DNA of 63,453 nucleotides, filler included, from Chiloscyllium plagiosum (Eukaryota): NCBI RefSeq assembly GCF_004010195.1. It is 5 parts of one record of this genome, joined end to end, with 100 filler letters (N's around TTAATTAATTAA, not from the genome) between each part and the next. Parts side by side here need not be neighbours in the genome. Positions count along the whole stretch, not along the records: positions 1 to 29,094 come from NC_057714.1; 4 more parts are not named here. One strand, 5' to 3'. Shown piece by piece: positions 1 to 11,799 of this stretch (position 1 is its first letter; each line of letters starts with the position of its first letter). The notes under the pieces were generated by a model. It saw only the letters and a program-made list of their open reading frames with translations, ran no database searches and was not told where the DNA came from. The position numbers and the translations under genes were made by a program.

Positions 1-160
1 GGTGGGGTCATGGTCAAGGGGGCAGTAGGAGGAGGTGTCCGTGAGCTGGCGTTTGGCCTCAGCGGTGTAAAGGTCGGTGCGCCAAACTACTACCGCGCCT
101 CCCTTGTCAGCTGGTTTGATGGTGAGGTTGGGTTTGGAACGGAGGGAGTGGAGGGCTGCA
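1..160 (-). mobile_element. Penelope-like element ORF fragment (region upstream of RT)
   Basis: Minus strand reads ...DKGGAVVVWRTDLYTAEAKRQL..., the same region as the PLE ORF at 23889-24143. Confidence 0.8.
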
Positions 161-269
161 CAAGGGGAAATCAGCAAATATATAAATTGACTCTCGTTAT
201 GCTTTTGCGCCTCCCTTGTCAGCTGGTTTGATGGTGAGGTTGGGTTTGGAACGGAGGGAGTGGAGGGCT

Positions 270-2272
270 GCACAAGGGGAAATCAGCAAATATATAAATT
301 GACTCTCGTTATGCTTTTGATGTGGCCCACGATTACGGAGCCTTCTGTGAACATGGAGGATTTTTAACTTCCAAAGGACAGCCTCTCAGTAATGCCGTTT
401 TTGCGCACAACCTCTTACAGGCTTTCTAATTGCTTACCAGTCTAGCGGTTAACAAACGTTCGGCACACACTGGTGCAATGGCTACAGTCGCCAAAGGCAA
501 TGAATGGGTAGACACTGATACCAAGCAGACGGCCTTACACCCGTACTTCTGGTTCCATTGGGTACCCAACAAAACCTGGTTAGAAACAGTATCAGGTCGG
601 GTATGCCAGACTCGGAAGAGGTACAGAGATTACAGGGGGGGGGGCGCCCCGTGTTGAGAGCACAACCTATGGACTCGAATGGAGTGCTCCCTCAACCCTC
701 AAACCAAGCTGTGGGTGACCCCAGTGGGACCAGTTGGTGTTCCATCTTTGCTCTAACTATCTTCATTGATTATGTGCATGATTGTACACACTTTGGCAAG
801 GAGGGAATGGTTATTATTTTATTACAAACCTGGTGGCACCTGGATTTCCAGAAAGCAGCTGAGAAATGAGCTAAAGCATTTCTGATTTGTAACAAGACAA
901 ATGCTAGAAAAGGGATGCCCTGCGGTTCTGGAACCCCATTGTCTGATGGGCCTTTTACTTGTCCATAAGTTGATTTTATAGAATCACCAAAATATTATCT
1001 AGTAATAGTAGATGTATCTAGTAGATGGATCGAAGCCATCCCAACGACTGAGAATAATGCTACAACAGTGGGGAAAACGTGGGAAAATATCTGCATAAGT
1101 TAACCAAAACTCTTTAAAGTTTACATTCACAGGTACACCAAGGCTATCGAAAGAGTGATCATTCACTTGAAAGAGACTACCTCACTGTAGAACCTGGAGA
1201 TTTTGTCCTTATTAAGAACTGGGACCTGGGAAAGTTGGAGCCAAGATGGAAAGGACCGTTTCAGGTGTTGCTGACCACTCGCATGGCTGTGAAAGTGCAA
1301 GGACAACTCTACTAGATTCATGGAACCGACTGTAAACGAGTCAGTGAAGGAATAGACAAGGATTAAGGGAGAAAAATACACTGGATACTGGTGACTTTTG
1401 GGGGGGGTGGTCACTTTGAGGGGAGAAAGATTTCAGACCAAAACCTTTTTGTCGCTGGGAAGGTGACTAAAATAACCTATACAGCATAATGCCTTTTTGT
1501 AATTAGCTTATTAGAGTGCCCAAATGACGGGGAAAGTAGCTGATTGTTGGGTATGTGCTCACATGCTGCCCTATTCACGGGGGGTGTATTCCTTTCTGGC
1601 CTGTCTCTGATAGCTGGCCTGAGGTGGCCAAATGGCTAATACGCTGGAACTCTTTGGGTGATCCTGATAAAACTGAGGACGTGCAGGAATGGCGGTCAGC
1701 AGGGTATAATATGATCCTATTTAGAGATTGGTGTCAACCTGGCTATAACAGATCTCATCTACCCCCTCTTCTGGTAGTCTTTAACAATACTATTAACAAC
1801 GCCATTTGCTTTAGTCAAGATGGGAACCTCTCCAGTGGAATTTATTGGGGGTCTAGTCAATGGTTTACTAACCCATGGATTTGATAAAATTTGGTTACTT
1901 TGTTTAATTGGTACACTGTCCTTAATAAGACAACAAACTCCCTCTGGAATGACCCTGTTCCCAAACTGTAGAGGGGTGGATATTCAAGCCTAACTGCCTA
2001 CAACAGCACCTATTTTGCAAACTCAAAGCCTATCCGTGGCTTCCCTCCAACTGATGGAAATCATGTTATCCTAGGTATGTTTTGCCTTGCATTTGGATTT
2101 TAGATAAATTACCAAGAGGTTCCTCGCCAGTCTCCTTTCCTGGACAGGGTTGCCTTCCCCTCCTATTGGACTCTATTTGCAGTGCGAAGAATCAAGTAAG
2201 TTTAAGACAATATTCGAAATTGTCACCAATGATACTGCAAATGGTCTGACTAATATCAATGCTGAACTGATG
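270..2272 (+). mobile_element. Degraded endogenous retrovirus (class I, gamma/epsilon-like): pol RNase H, integrase and env fragments
   Basis: RNase H: DSRYAFDVAHDYG...GFLTSKGQP...AHT...GNEWVD. Integrase: HDCTHFGK zinc-binding region, VDFIE...LVIVDVSSRWIEAIPT core, and C-terminal PGDFVLIK...LEPRWKGPFQVLLTT. Env: CWVC motif at 1545-1556, PWLP..W..CY segment near 2030-2075, and TM heptad-like FEIVTNDTANGLTNINAELM. Many stops and frameshifts; no LTR seen. Confidence 0.85.
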
Positions 2273-2950
2273 ATTTGGAGGTGCGGGTGTCGGACTGGGG
2301 TGGACAAAGTTAAAAATCACACAACACCAGGTTATAGTCCAACAGGTTTAATTGGAAGCTCTAGCTTTCGGAGCGACGCTCCTTCATCAGGGGGTTGTGG
2401 AGTACACGATTGTAAGACACAGAATTTATTGCAAAAGTTTACAGTACATGAAATTATACATTGAAAAACACCTTGGTTTGTTAAATCTCTCATCTGTTAG
2501 AATGATCGTGTTAATTTCACTTCTTTCATATGTTAATCGCAAGACTTTTTAAAAAAAAGTTATACTCTCAAGTTGAACCTTAACAATTGGTGTCAGCCCA
2601 GATAATGTACTGGGTATTAGCACCTCTGTGTGCTGCTGTCTGTGCCATAATGTTTAGACTGATTCTAATCTAAAAATGAATTAACAGAATCTTGCATGGA
2701 TTCTTGCAGTTTTTAAGTAAAGTACAATGTCACTCTGCAAGTACAAATTCACCCCACAAACTTATATATGTATGTGTGCATGCAGGGGGCGGGGGTGTGT
2801 GTGTGTGCACGCGCGCGCTCACGCGTGCGTATGTGTAGAGCGTGGTGGCGTTGTGAGTGTCTGTGAGAGACAGTGTATGTGTGTGTGTAAGTGTAAAGGG
2901 GTCTAAGTCTGTCAGAAGGTGCATGTGTGTGTGCGCGAGTGTGGCTCTCA
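2273..2950 (-). mobile_element. 3' end of a second Penelope-like family carrying a hammerhead core; truncates the ERV env
   Basis: Minus strand CTGATGA-A-GGAGC-GTC-GCTCC-GAAA-GCTA at 2362-2390, followed on the plus strand by an AT-rich UTR and a (GT)n tract. Confidence 0.65.
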
Positions 2951-3440
2951 CTGTCCACCCTATCTAACCCTCTGATTATCTTCTATGTCTCAATTAAGTC
3001 ACCTCTCAACCTTCTTCTCTCTAACAAAAACAGCCTCAAGTCCCTCAGCTTTTCTGCATAGGACCTTCCCTCCATACCAGGCAACATCATAGTAAATCTC
3101 CTCTGAACCTTTTCCAAATCTTCCACATCCTTCCTATAATGCAGTGGCCAGAAATGTACAGACTACACCAAGTGCAGCCACACCAGAGTTTTGTACAACA
3201 GCAACATGACCTCATGTCTCCAAATCTCAATCCCTCTACTAATAAAAGCTAACACACTATACCAACCTGTGGGGCAACTTTCAGGGATCTATGTACATGG
3301 ACATCGAGATCTCTCTGTTCATCTACACTGCCAAGAATCTTACTATTAGCCCAGTACTTATCTCCCACTTTTCCACATTAAACTCCATTTGCCACCTCTC
3401 AGCCCAACTCTGCAGATTATTTACATCCCTCTGTAACCTG
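2945..3440 (-). mobile_element. CR1 LINE ORF2 3' fragment
   Basis: RLQRDVNNLQSWAERWQMEFNVEK in ORF 3323-3601, plus CR1 tail sequence. Confidence 0.85.
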
Positions 3441-3444
3441 CCCA

Positions 3445-5225
3445 CATCCATCGGAAGGCAGAGGGGGTTATTGAGAGGAGTTACAGGAAGGTAGTCACTC
3501 CTCAGATACAAGAAAAAGGTTACAGTCAGGGGACGGAAAGGGAACCGGCAGGCAGTGCAGGGATCCCCTGTAGCCATTCCCCTCAACAATAAGTATACCA
3601 TTTTGGATATTGTTGGGGGGGAGGGGACTTATCAGGGGAAAGCAGTGGGGCACAGGGCTCTGGCACAGGGTCTGTCCCTGCTGCTCAGCAGGGAAGGGGG
3701 AAGAGGAGCAGAGCAGTAGTCATTGAGGACTCCATAGTTAGGGGGACAGATAGGAGGAGATTGCAGAGCCTTTGGCATTGATCTTTAAATCATCATTGTC
3801 TACAGGAATAGTGCCAGAAGACTGAAGAATAGCAAATGTAGTTCCCCTGTTCAAGAAGGGGAGTAGAGACAGCCCTGGTAATTGTAGACCAGTGAGCCTT
3901 ACTTCAGTTGTTGGTAAAGTGTTGGAAAGGGTTATACAAGATAGGACTTATAATCATCTAGAAAAGAATAATTTGATTAGGGATAATCAGCATGGTTTTG
4001 TGAAGGGTAGGTCGTGCCTCACAAACCTTATTGAGTTCTTTGAGAAGGTGACCAAACAGGTAGATGAGAGTAAACCGGTTGATGTATGTATGGATTTCAG
4101 CAAGGCGTTCGATAAGGTTCCCCACAGTAGGCTGCTGTACAAAATGCGGAGGAATGGTATTGTGGGAGATATAGCAGTTTGGATCAGTAATCGGCTTGCT
4201 GAAAGAAGACAGAGGGTGGTGGTTGATGGGAAATGTTCATCCTCGAGTCCAATTACTAGTGGTGTACCATAAGGGTCAGTGTTGGGTCCACTGCTGTTCA
4301 TCATTTTTATAAACGACCTGGATGAGGGCGTAGAAGGGTGGGTTAGTAAATTTGCAGACGACACTAAGGTCGGTAGAGTTGTGGATAGTGACAAAGAATG
4401 TTGTAGGTTACAAAGAGACATAGATAAGTTCCAGAGCTGCACTGGGAGGTGGCAAATGGAGTTTAATGCGGACAAGTGTGAGGTGATTCACTTTGGTCGG
4501 AGTAACCTGAATGCAAAGTACTGGGCTAATGGTAAGATTCTTGGTAGTGTAGATGAGCAGAGAGATCTCGGTGTCCAGGTACACAGATCCTTGAAAGATG
4601 CCACCCAGGTTGACAGGGTTGTTAAGAAGGCATACAATATTTTAGCTTTTATTAATAAAGGGATCGAGTTCCGGAACTATGAGGTTATGCTACAGCTGTA
4701 CAAAACTCTGGTGCAGCCACACTCGGACTATTGTGTACGGTTCTGGTCACCGCATTATAAGAAGGATGTGGAAACCTTGGAAAGGGTGCAGAGGAGATTT
4801 ACTAGGATGTTGCCTGGTATGGAGGGAAGGTCTTATGAGGAAAGGCTGAGGGACTTGCAGTTTTCGTTAGAGAGAAGGTTGTGAGGTGACTTAATAGAGA
4901 CATATAAGATAATCAGAGGGTTAGCTAGGGTGGACAGGGAGAGCCTTTTTCCAAGTATAGCGACGGTGAGCACGAGGCTTAAATTGAGGAGTGATAGATA
5001 TAGGACAGATGTCAGAGGTAGTTTCTTTACTCAGAGTAGTAAGGGTATGGAATGCTTTGCCTGCAATGGTAGTAGATTCGTCAACTTTAAGTACATTTAA
5101 GTCGTCATTGGACAAGCATATGGACGAACATGGAATAGTGTAGGTTAGATGGGCTTCAGATTGGTATGACAGGTCGGCACATCATCGAGGGTCGAAGGGC
5201 CTGTACTGCGCTGTAATGTTCTATG
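3445..5225 (+). mobile_element. CR1 LINE: ORF1 fragment joined by internal deletion to the ORF2 RT and 3' UTR
   Basis: ORF1-like 'IPLNNKYTILD' and 'DSIVRGTDRR'. ORFs 3892-4272 and 4279-4884 carry QHGFVKGRSCLTNL, DFSKAFDKVPH, GVP*GSVLGP (nonsense codon), KFADDTK and RVQRRFTRM. Confidence 0.92.
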
Positions 5226-5229
5226 ACAG

Positions 5230-5400
5230 TCTCACTGAGAGGAGGCGGTGGGGACCTTGTGACATTCAGTGTCACTGAGAGGAAGGGGTGGGGATCCTGT
5301 GACAGTCAGTGTCACTGAGAGGAGGGGGTGGGGACCCTGTGACAGTCAATGTCACTGAGGGGAGGGGGTGGAGTGTCTGTGACGGTGTCATTGAGACGAG
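5230..5400. repeat. ~40-bp minisatellite, about 4 copies
   Basis: Unit approximately gtcactgagaggaggggtgggaccctgtgacagtcagt. Confidence 0.75.
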
Positions 5401-5519
5401 TGGGTGGGGAGTCGCACAGAGGAGCCGGAAGTCTGATCGTGGACCTGAGTGGGACTGGGGCAGAAACAGCACTTAAATGTCCCTAGTCCATACTTCAGAG
5501 CAAGTGTAAGTTAAAAGGA

Positions 5520-7520
5520 AGATTTTCTATTCTGTTAATGTATGCCTGGGGAGCTGAGGGTCACGGCTTTCCTATTCCTGAACTTTGTGGGAAATCTGAG
5601 ATGCTCCTATTACTTTGGGTGAGCGTGTACGGGAAGTGCCTCTGACTGGAGCAATGAGACCTGAGCTTTGGAGACAGGAGCACCCGGGTGGACCACGGGG
5701 CTTTCACCAGGTGAAAGAATTGTGGGTAATACACTTCAGGATGTGGTCATCCCCCCACTCCCCCAGCTTAAGGAAATGTCAGGACAGAGTGAATGGGTGA
5801 CTGCCAGACAGGAGGGGGGATCAGGCAGGTCAGGAGGGAATTCCCCAAATGTAGGTCAATTTCAAACCAAAATGGTGAGTGATGGTTCATTTGTGGAGCC
5901 CAGCCAGAGCCAATGCCATGGCTTTGTGGGTGTTCCAGATACTCATGGTTGGGTGAGGGAGGAAGTGTGGAAGGGCGGTAGTGATCGGGGATTCACTTCT
6001 GAGGGCATTTCAAAGCCATGACGTATCAATATTGTGTTGCTTCCTGGGTGCCAGACCCTGATATGTCATGGAGGAGAAAGTGAGGACTGCAGATGCTGGA
6101 GATCTGAGCTGAAAATGTGTTGCTGGAAAAGCGCAGCAGGTCAGGCAGCATCCAAGGAGCAGGAGAATCAACCTTTCGGGCATGAGCCCTTCTTCAGGAA
6201 TGAGGAAAGTGTGTCCAGCAGGCTAAGATAAAAGGTAGGGAGGAGGGACTTGGGGGAGGGGTGTTGGAAATGCGATAGGTGGAAGGAGGTCAAAGTGAGG
6301 GTGATAGGCCGGAGTGGAGGTGGAGGGCGGAGAGGTCAGGAAGAAGATTGCAGGTTAGGAAGGAGGTGCTGAGTTCGAGGGATTTGACTGAGACAAGGTG
6401 GGGGGAGGGGAAATGAGGAAACTGGAGAAATCTGAGTTCATCCCTTGTGGTTGGAGGGTTCCTAGGCGGAAGATGAGGCGNNNNNNNNNNNNNNNNNNNN
6501 NNNNNNNNNNNNNNNNNNNNNNNNNNNNNNNNNNNNNNNNNNNNNNNNNNNNNNNNNNNNNNNNNNNNNNNNNNNNNNNNNNNNNNNNNNNNNNNNNNNN
6601 NNNNNNNNNNNNNNNNNNNNNNNNNNNTTGGTGGGGGGTGTGGACCTGACGAGGGAGTCATGGAGGGAGTGGTCTTTTCGGAACGCTGATAGGGGAGGGG
6701 AGGGAAATATATCCCTGGTGGTGGGGTCTGTTTGGAGGTGGCGGAAATGACGGCGGATGATACGCTGTATATGGAGGTTGGTGGGGTGGTTAGGTGAGGA
6801 CCAGTGGGGTTCTGTCCTGGTAGCAGTTGGAGAGGCTCAAGGGTGGAGGAGCGGGTAGTGGAAGAGATGCGATGGAGGGCATCGTCGATCACATCTGGGG
6901 GGAAATTGCGGTCTTTGAAGAAGGAAGCCATCTGGGTTGTACGGTATTGGAACTGATCTTCCTGGGAGCAGATACGGCGGAGATGAAGATATGTCATGGA
7001 ATTACTGAAAGACACTGGGAGGGGGAACAGTGGATAGCTAGAAGTTATGGTCCATGTTGGGACCAGTGATCAGAGGGAGAAAGAGAAATGAGGTCCTGCA
7101 AGCAGACATAGGGAGTTAGGTCAGAAATTGAAAGGCAGATCTTCAAAGGTAGTAACCTCTGGATGTTTCTTAGTGCCATGGAGTAGAGAGTATGAGAATG
7201 GAAGGGTAGAGTAGATCAATGTGTCACTGGAGAGATGGTACAGGAAACCAAGCTTTCAATTCTAGAGACGGTGGGCCCTGTATAAGTTGGATGGGTTAGA
7301 TCTGAACAGACACAGGAGCATGCTCCTTACAGGAGTATGATATCATAGCTGTAACTGAGACTTGGCTGAAAGATAGACATGACTAGCAGCCTAACATTAT
7401 TGGGCATTCAGGTGAGATAGAGAGGGGGATAGAAGAGAAAGGAGGTTTCACAATATTGATCAAAGAATCAATTATCACAGTGAGGAGGGATGCCATCTTG
7501 GAGAGATCATCAAATGAATA
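5520..7520 (+). mobile_element. Old CR1 ORF1/endonuclease remnant interrupted by a PLE at 6073-6987
   Basis: Degenerate esterase-type ORF1 segments on both sides of the insert, and an endonuclease-start motif (YDIIAVTETWL) near 7335-7370. Confidence 0.6.
6073..6987 (-). mobile_element. 5'-truncated Penelope-like element with 13-bp TSD
   Basis: ORF 6290-7015 (LRRICSQEDQF...MASFFKDRNFP) is paralogous to 22756-23109. Hammerhead core at about 6169-6197. TSD gatatgtcatgga at 6060-6072 and 6988-7000. Confidence 0.85.
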
Positions 7521-7759
7521 TAGCTTTTTACCAATTACACAAAGGGACAAACATGCTGTTGGGTGTATCATAGTCAGGGAGAGATCAGTGGTCAAATACG
7601 TAATCAAACTTCAGAGAATTGATTGAAGATTTCATTGCTTTCTTGTGGAATAGATGATGATCAATGATAGAGTACTGTATCCAAAAATCAAAACCTCATG
7701 CCCTGGAGCACAGCAGCATCAACTCAGGGGAGGATGAACTGGAAAACTCAGGAGGATGT

Positions 7760-8944
7760 TTATGTGGAATGGACACACAGGATGACACCAGAGTAATTTT
7801 CCCAGAAATGACAATTTGCAGGAAAGTCACTGTGGTACCACAGACCCTTGTAGCGTCTCACTACATGTACAACATGCCCAGAGGGAAGGTTATTGTCCAC
7901 ATGTTCTGCAACATCTTTTGCATCAGACCAGCCATCTTTCCCTTCCATTAAATGCTTTATGTAACTTTCATTAATTGGTTTTGGATCAATTGCATAGGAG
8001 ACAACAGCATTAACCCCATTGCGTCGGAAAAAGTGAAAACAGTTAGAGCCAATGAAACAATGATTGTCAAACCCACTGACAGGGTCATAGACCCGTACAG
8101 ACCATTTAACCCAGTCATATTTCTTTGATAAACCATTGAGAATGTAACTTACACATTCACAGTTATTTCTTCCACTCTTTTCAGTTATCATTTTCTCAAC
8201 ATCTATTTTTGCCTGCTCAGCAAACTCATTGATGCACTTATCTATCATGGATTTCATTTTATTCTCTACTTTGCCCATTTTCTCATTCCACTCTCTCTTT
8301 AATGCCTCTACATCGGTCCCAGTGAGAGCGGAGTGACCCACCAGGGCAATCAGGCCAATGCAGAAGAGCTCCTTGAGACTGCAGCAGAGCCCTTCCATCA
8401 GACGCCGGTTCCTCTGGTCATATTCCATGGCAGTTTCCAGAATGGGTTTGCCAAAGATGCCAGAATGTCCCATCACTGCATCATAGAGAGTGTGAAGGTT
8501 CTGGTCACCTTTAGTCTCATTGAAGTGTGTGAGGAATTCTTCTTTCTCATTCTCCCGGAATTCCGGTTTTGTGTTCAGGATGTCCATGTACTTCCTGAAT
8601 TGGTTTTTCAGATTCTCCTCAATGGGGAAGAACTGATTATTGACTGTGCTTTGGTCGATAGCCTGAAGCACTTGCTGAATCTGACCTGAAATGACATCCA
8701 GCTTATTCTTGACTATCTGGAACTGCTCCTTCATATATCTCAGCTCCTCACTCTCCACATTACCCATAGCAAGTTTAACAATTGCTGCTGCTACCCCAAA
8801 GATAGCTCCTACTGCTCCAGCTGCAGAGGCGAATTTTCCTAAACTCTCAACAGCTGACATCGCATTTCTCACTGCAATCACTGCAGTCGCAGCCTCGGTG
8901 CTGGCTTTTGCCAGTTCCAGGGAATCTACTGCTGTTCCTGCCAT
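7760..8944 (-). CDS. Rapunzel-like protein, 394 aa, single coding exon
   Basis: Uninterrupted non-repeat ORF. The N-terminal ~230 aa show motifs I recognise from the rapunzel family (ESEELRYMKEQFQ.V.NKLD.IS, IEEN..NQFRKYMDILN.KP, GDQNLHTLYDAVMG, LFCIGLIAL.G). Good Kozak context (AGTATGG), an upstream in-frame TGA, and a polypyrimidine/AG acceptor 49 nt upstream. Confidence 0.85.
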   Translation of the reverse strand: MAGTAVDSLELAKASTEAATAVIAVRNAMSAVESLGKFASAAGAVGAIFGVAAAIVKLAMGNVESEELRYMKEQFQIVKNKLDVISGQIQQVLQAIDQSTVNNQFFPIEENLKNQFRKYMDILNTKPEFRENEKEEFLTHFNETKGDQNLHTLYDAVMGHSGIFGKPILETAMEYDQRNRRLMEGLCCSLKELFCIGLIALVGHSALTGTDVEALKREWNEKMGKVENKMKSMIDKCINEFAEQAKIDVEKMITEKSGRNNCECVSYILNGLSKKYDWVKWSVRVYDPVSGFDNHCFIGSNCFHFFRRNGVNAVVSYAIDPKPINESYIKHLMEGKDGWSDAKDVAEHVDNNLPSGHVVHVVRRYKGLWYHSDFPANCHFWENYSGVILCVHST

Positions 8945-8992
8945 ACTGATGGGCTGAGCACTGTGTTTGGATGGTCGTTTCCTTCAGTTGTC

Positions 8993-9012
8993 CCTGAAAA
9001 AAAGGATTAAAG
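8993..9012 (-). promoter_or_regulatory. 3' splice acceptor opening the rapunzel-like coding exon
   Basis: Minus strand ttaatcc(t)ncag|GGACAAC with the exon starting at 8993; implies at least one upstream non-coding exon. Confidence 0.65.
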
Positions 9013-9605
9013 TTTATTTATGACTCCACAATGTATCAGGGAGAGTGAAGACCTTAAGAACTGGGAGCACACGTAGGCCATTCAGCCCCTTGAATCTGCT
9101 CCACCTTTTAAATGATCACAGCTGATTTCATTCTCAGCCTCAACTTCACTTCCCTGCCTGCTCTCCATAACCATACAACCCATTAATAAATAAACATTTA
9201 TCTGTCTCCTCCTTAAATTTACCAAAGTCCCAGCATCCACTGTACTCGGGGGGAAATTCCACAGAAGCATGACCCTTTGAGCAGAGTAATTCCTCTCTAT
9301 CTCAGTTTTAAATCTGCTACCCTTATCCTAAAGCTATCACCTCAGATTCTAGACAGCCATGTGAGGAAATATCCTCTCTGCATCGACTTTGTCAATCCCC
9401 TTTAGCAGCTTATAGACCTCAATGAGATCGCCTCTCATTCTTCTAAACTCCTGAGAGAATGGGTCTAAACTGCACAATCTCTCTGCATGTCTGGAAACCC
9501 CTGATGTCTGGAATCAATCTAGTGACCCTCCTCTGAACTGCCTCCAATGTTCCTCAAATAAAGGGACCAAACTCTCCACAATGCTCCAGGTGCAGTCTCA
9601 CTAAT

Positions 9606-9702
9606 TCACTCCTGAAGAAGGGCTTATGCCTGAAACGTCGATTCTCCTGTTCCTTGGATGCTGCCTGACCTGCTGCGCTTTTCCAGCAACACATTTTCAG
9701 CT
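9606..9702 (+). mobile_element. Mini PLE terminal fragment with hammerhead core and 13-bp TSD
   Basis: CTGAAGA-A-GGGC-TTAT-GCCT-GAAA-CGTC at 9612-9639. TSD cagtctc(a/g)ctaat at 9593-9605 and 9703-9715. Confidence 0.8.
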
Positions 9703-10385
9703 CAGTCTCGCTAATACCTTGTACAATTGAAGCAACACTTCCCTACTTACACACTCCATTTCTTTAACAATAAATGGCAACATTCCATTGGCCTTCCTTA
9801 TTACCTGCTGAAGCTGAATCCCAGTTTTCTAAGATTCATGCACAGACGCGCAGATCCCTCTGCACTGAAGCTCTGAGGAGACCATTCAGCCCCTTGACCC
9901 TACTGTGCCATTCAATAGGATCATAGCTGATCCAACTTCCCTGCATTTTCCCTGTAACCCTTCATAACCCTCCAAAAAAAAACCTATCCACCTCAGCCTT
10001 AAATATACACTGCTCCTGCTGTGGCAAGGAGTTCCTAAGACCCAGAACTCAGAGGAAATTCCTTCTCATGTCTTAAATTGGTGCCCATTTATTTCTGAAA
10101 CAGTGCCTTCTGGTTTTAGGCTCTCGCATGAGGGGAAACATCCTCTCAGCTTTGACAGAGGAGAAAGTGCTGGATGTCTTGAAACGCATAAAGATGGATA
10201 AATCCCCAGGACCTGATCAGATGTACCCTAGAACTCTGTCGAACGATGTGTGGTTATGCACTTGGAAGGAAGAACAGAGGAACTGAATATTATTTAAATG
10301 GATACAGAAAAGAGGCATTAGGGAATCCTCATCCATGAATCACAAAAAGCAAACATCCAAGTTCAGCAGATAATAGGAAAGGCAA

Positions 10386-11516
10386 TGAACAAAGAACATT
10401 ACAGCACAGGAACAGGCCCTTCGGCCCTCCAGACCTGTGCCAATCCAGATCCTCAATCTAAATCTGCCGCCTACTTTCTAAGGATCTGTATCCCTCTGCT
10501 CCCTGCCCATTCATGTATCTGTCTAGATACATCTTAAATGACCTATTGTTCCCACCCCTACTATCTCCACTGACAACCTGTTCCAGGCCCCCACCACCCT
10601 CTGCATAAAGAGCTTTCCAAGCATATCTCCCCTAAACTTTTCCCCTTTCACTTTGAACTCATGACCCCCAGGTAATTGAGCCCTTCACTCTGAAAAAGCT
10701 TTTTGCTATCTCCCTGTCTATACCTCTCATGGTTTTGAAGGCCTCAGTCAGGTCTCCCCTCAACCTCCTCCTTTCCAATGAAAATAATCCTAATCTACTC
10801 AACCTCTCCTCATAGCTAGCACCCTCCATATCAGGCAACATCCTGGTGAATCTCTTCTGCACCCTCTCCAAAGCATCCACATCCTTTTGGTAATGTGGTG
10901 ACCAGAATTGTATGCAGTATTTCAAATGTGGCTGAACCAAAGTCCTATATAACTGTAACATGACCTGCAAATCTTGTACTCAATACCCCATATGCCTCCT
11001 TGGCCACTCTACTGACCTGCATTGCCTCCTTCAGGGAACAATGGACCTGAACACCCAGATCTCTTTGTACATCAATTTTCCCCAGGGCTTTTCCATTTAC
11101 TGAATAGTTCGCCCTTGAATTGGATCTTCCAAAATGCATCATCTCACATTTATCCGGATTGAACTCCATCTGCCATTTCCCTGCCCAACTCTCCAATCTG
11201 TTTATATTCTGCTGCATTCTCTGACAGTCCCCTTCACTATCTGCTACTCCACTAATCTTAGTGTCATTTCCAAACTTGCTAATGAGGTAACCTACACCTT
11301 CTTCCAAATCATTTATGTCTATCACAAACAACAGTGGTCCCAGCATGGATCCCTATGGAACATCTCCGGTCTTCACTTTGAGGAAACTCCCTTCCATTAC
11401 TACTGTCTCCTGTTGCCCAGCCAGTTCTCCATCTAGCTAGAACACCCTGGACCCCATGCGCCTTCGCCTTCTTCACCAGCCTACCATGGGGAACCTTATC
11501 AAACACCTTACTGAAG
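10386..11516 (-). mobile_element. CR1 LINE 3' fragment
   Basis: ORFs 11309-11506, 10945-11346 and 10659-10970 cover the RT C-terminus through RRRLRGDL. Confidence 0.9.
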
Positions 11517-11799
11517 CAAATGGAATGTTGGCCTTTATGTCAAGTCGGTGCGGTATAAGTTACAGAAACTCTTCCTGCAGCTCTACAAGGTGCTGGTGAG
11601 AACACAATTGGAATACTGTGAGCACTTGTGGTCCCCTTATTGAGGGAAAAATACTATTTCATTGGAGGAAATTCAGAGAAGGTTCACTTGGATGATCCCT
11701 GGTATGGGAGGTTGGGACACTACCAGGTCGGGTCTTTACTAACTGGAGTTTAGAAGGAGTGGTGATGTCATTGAAACATACAGGGGCTTGACAGGGTCA

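Noticed and set aside
8333..8957. Plus-strand ORFs 8333-8689 and 8691-8957
   Set aside because: Antisense shadows of the rapunzel-like CDS.
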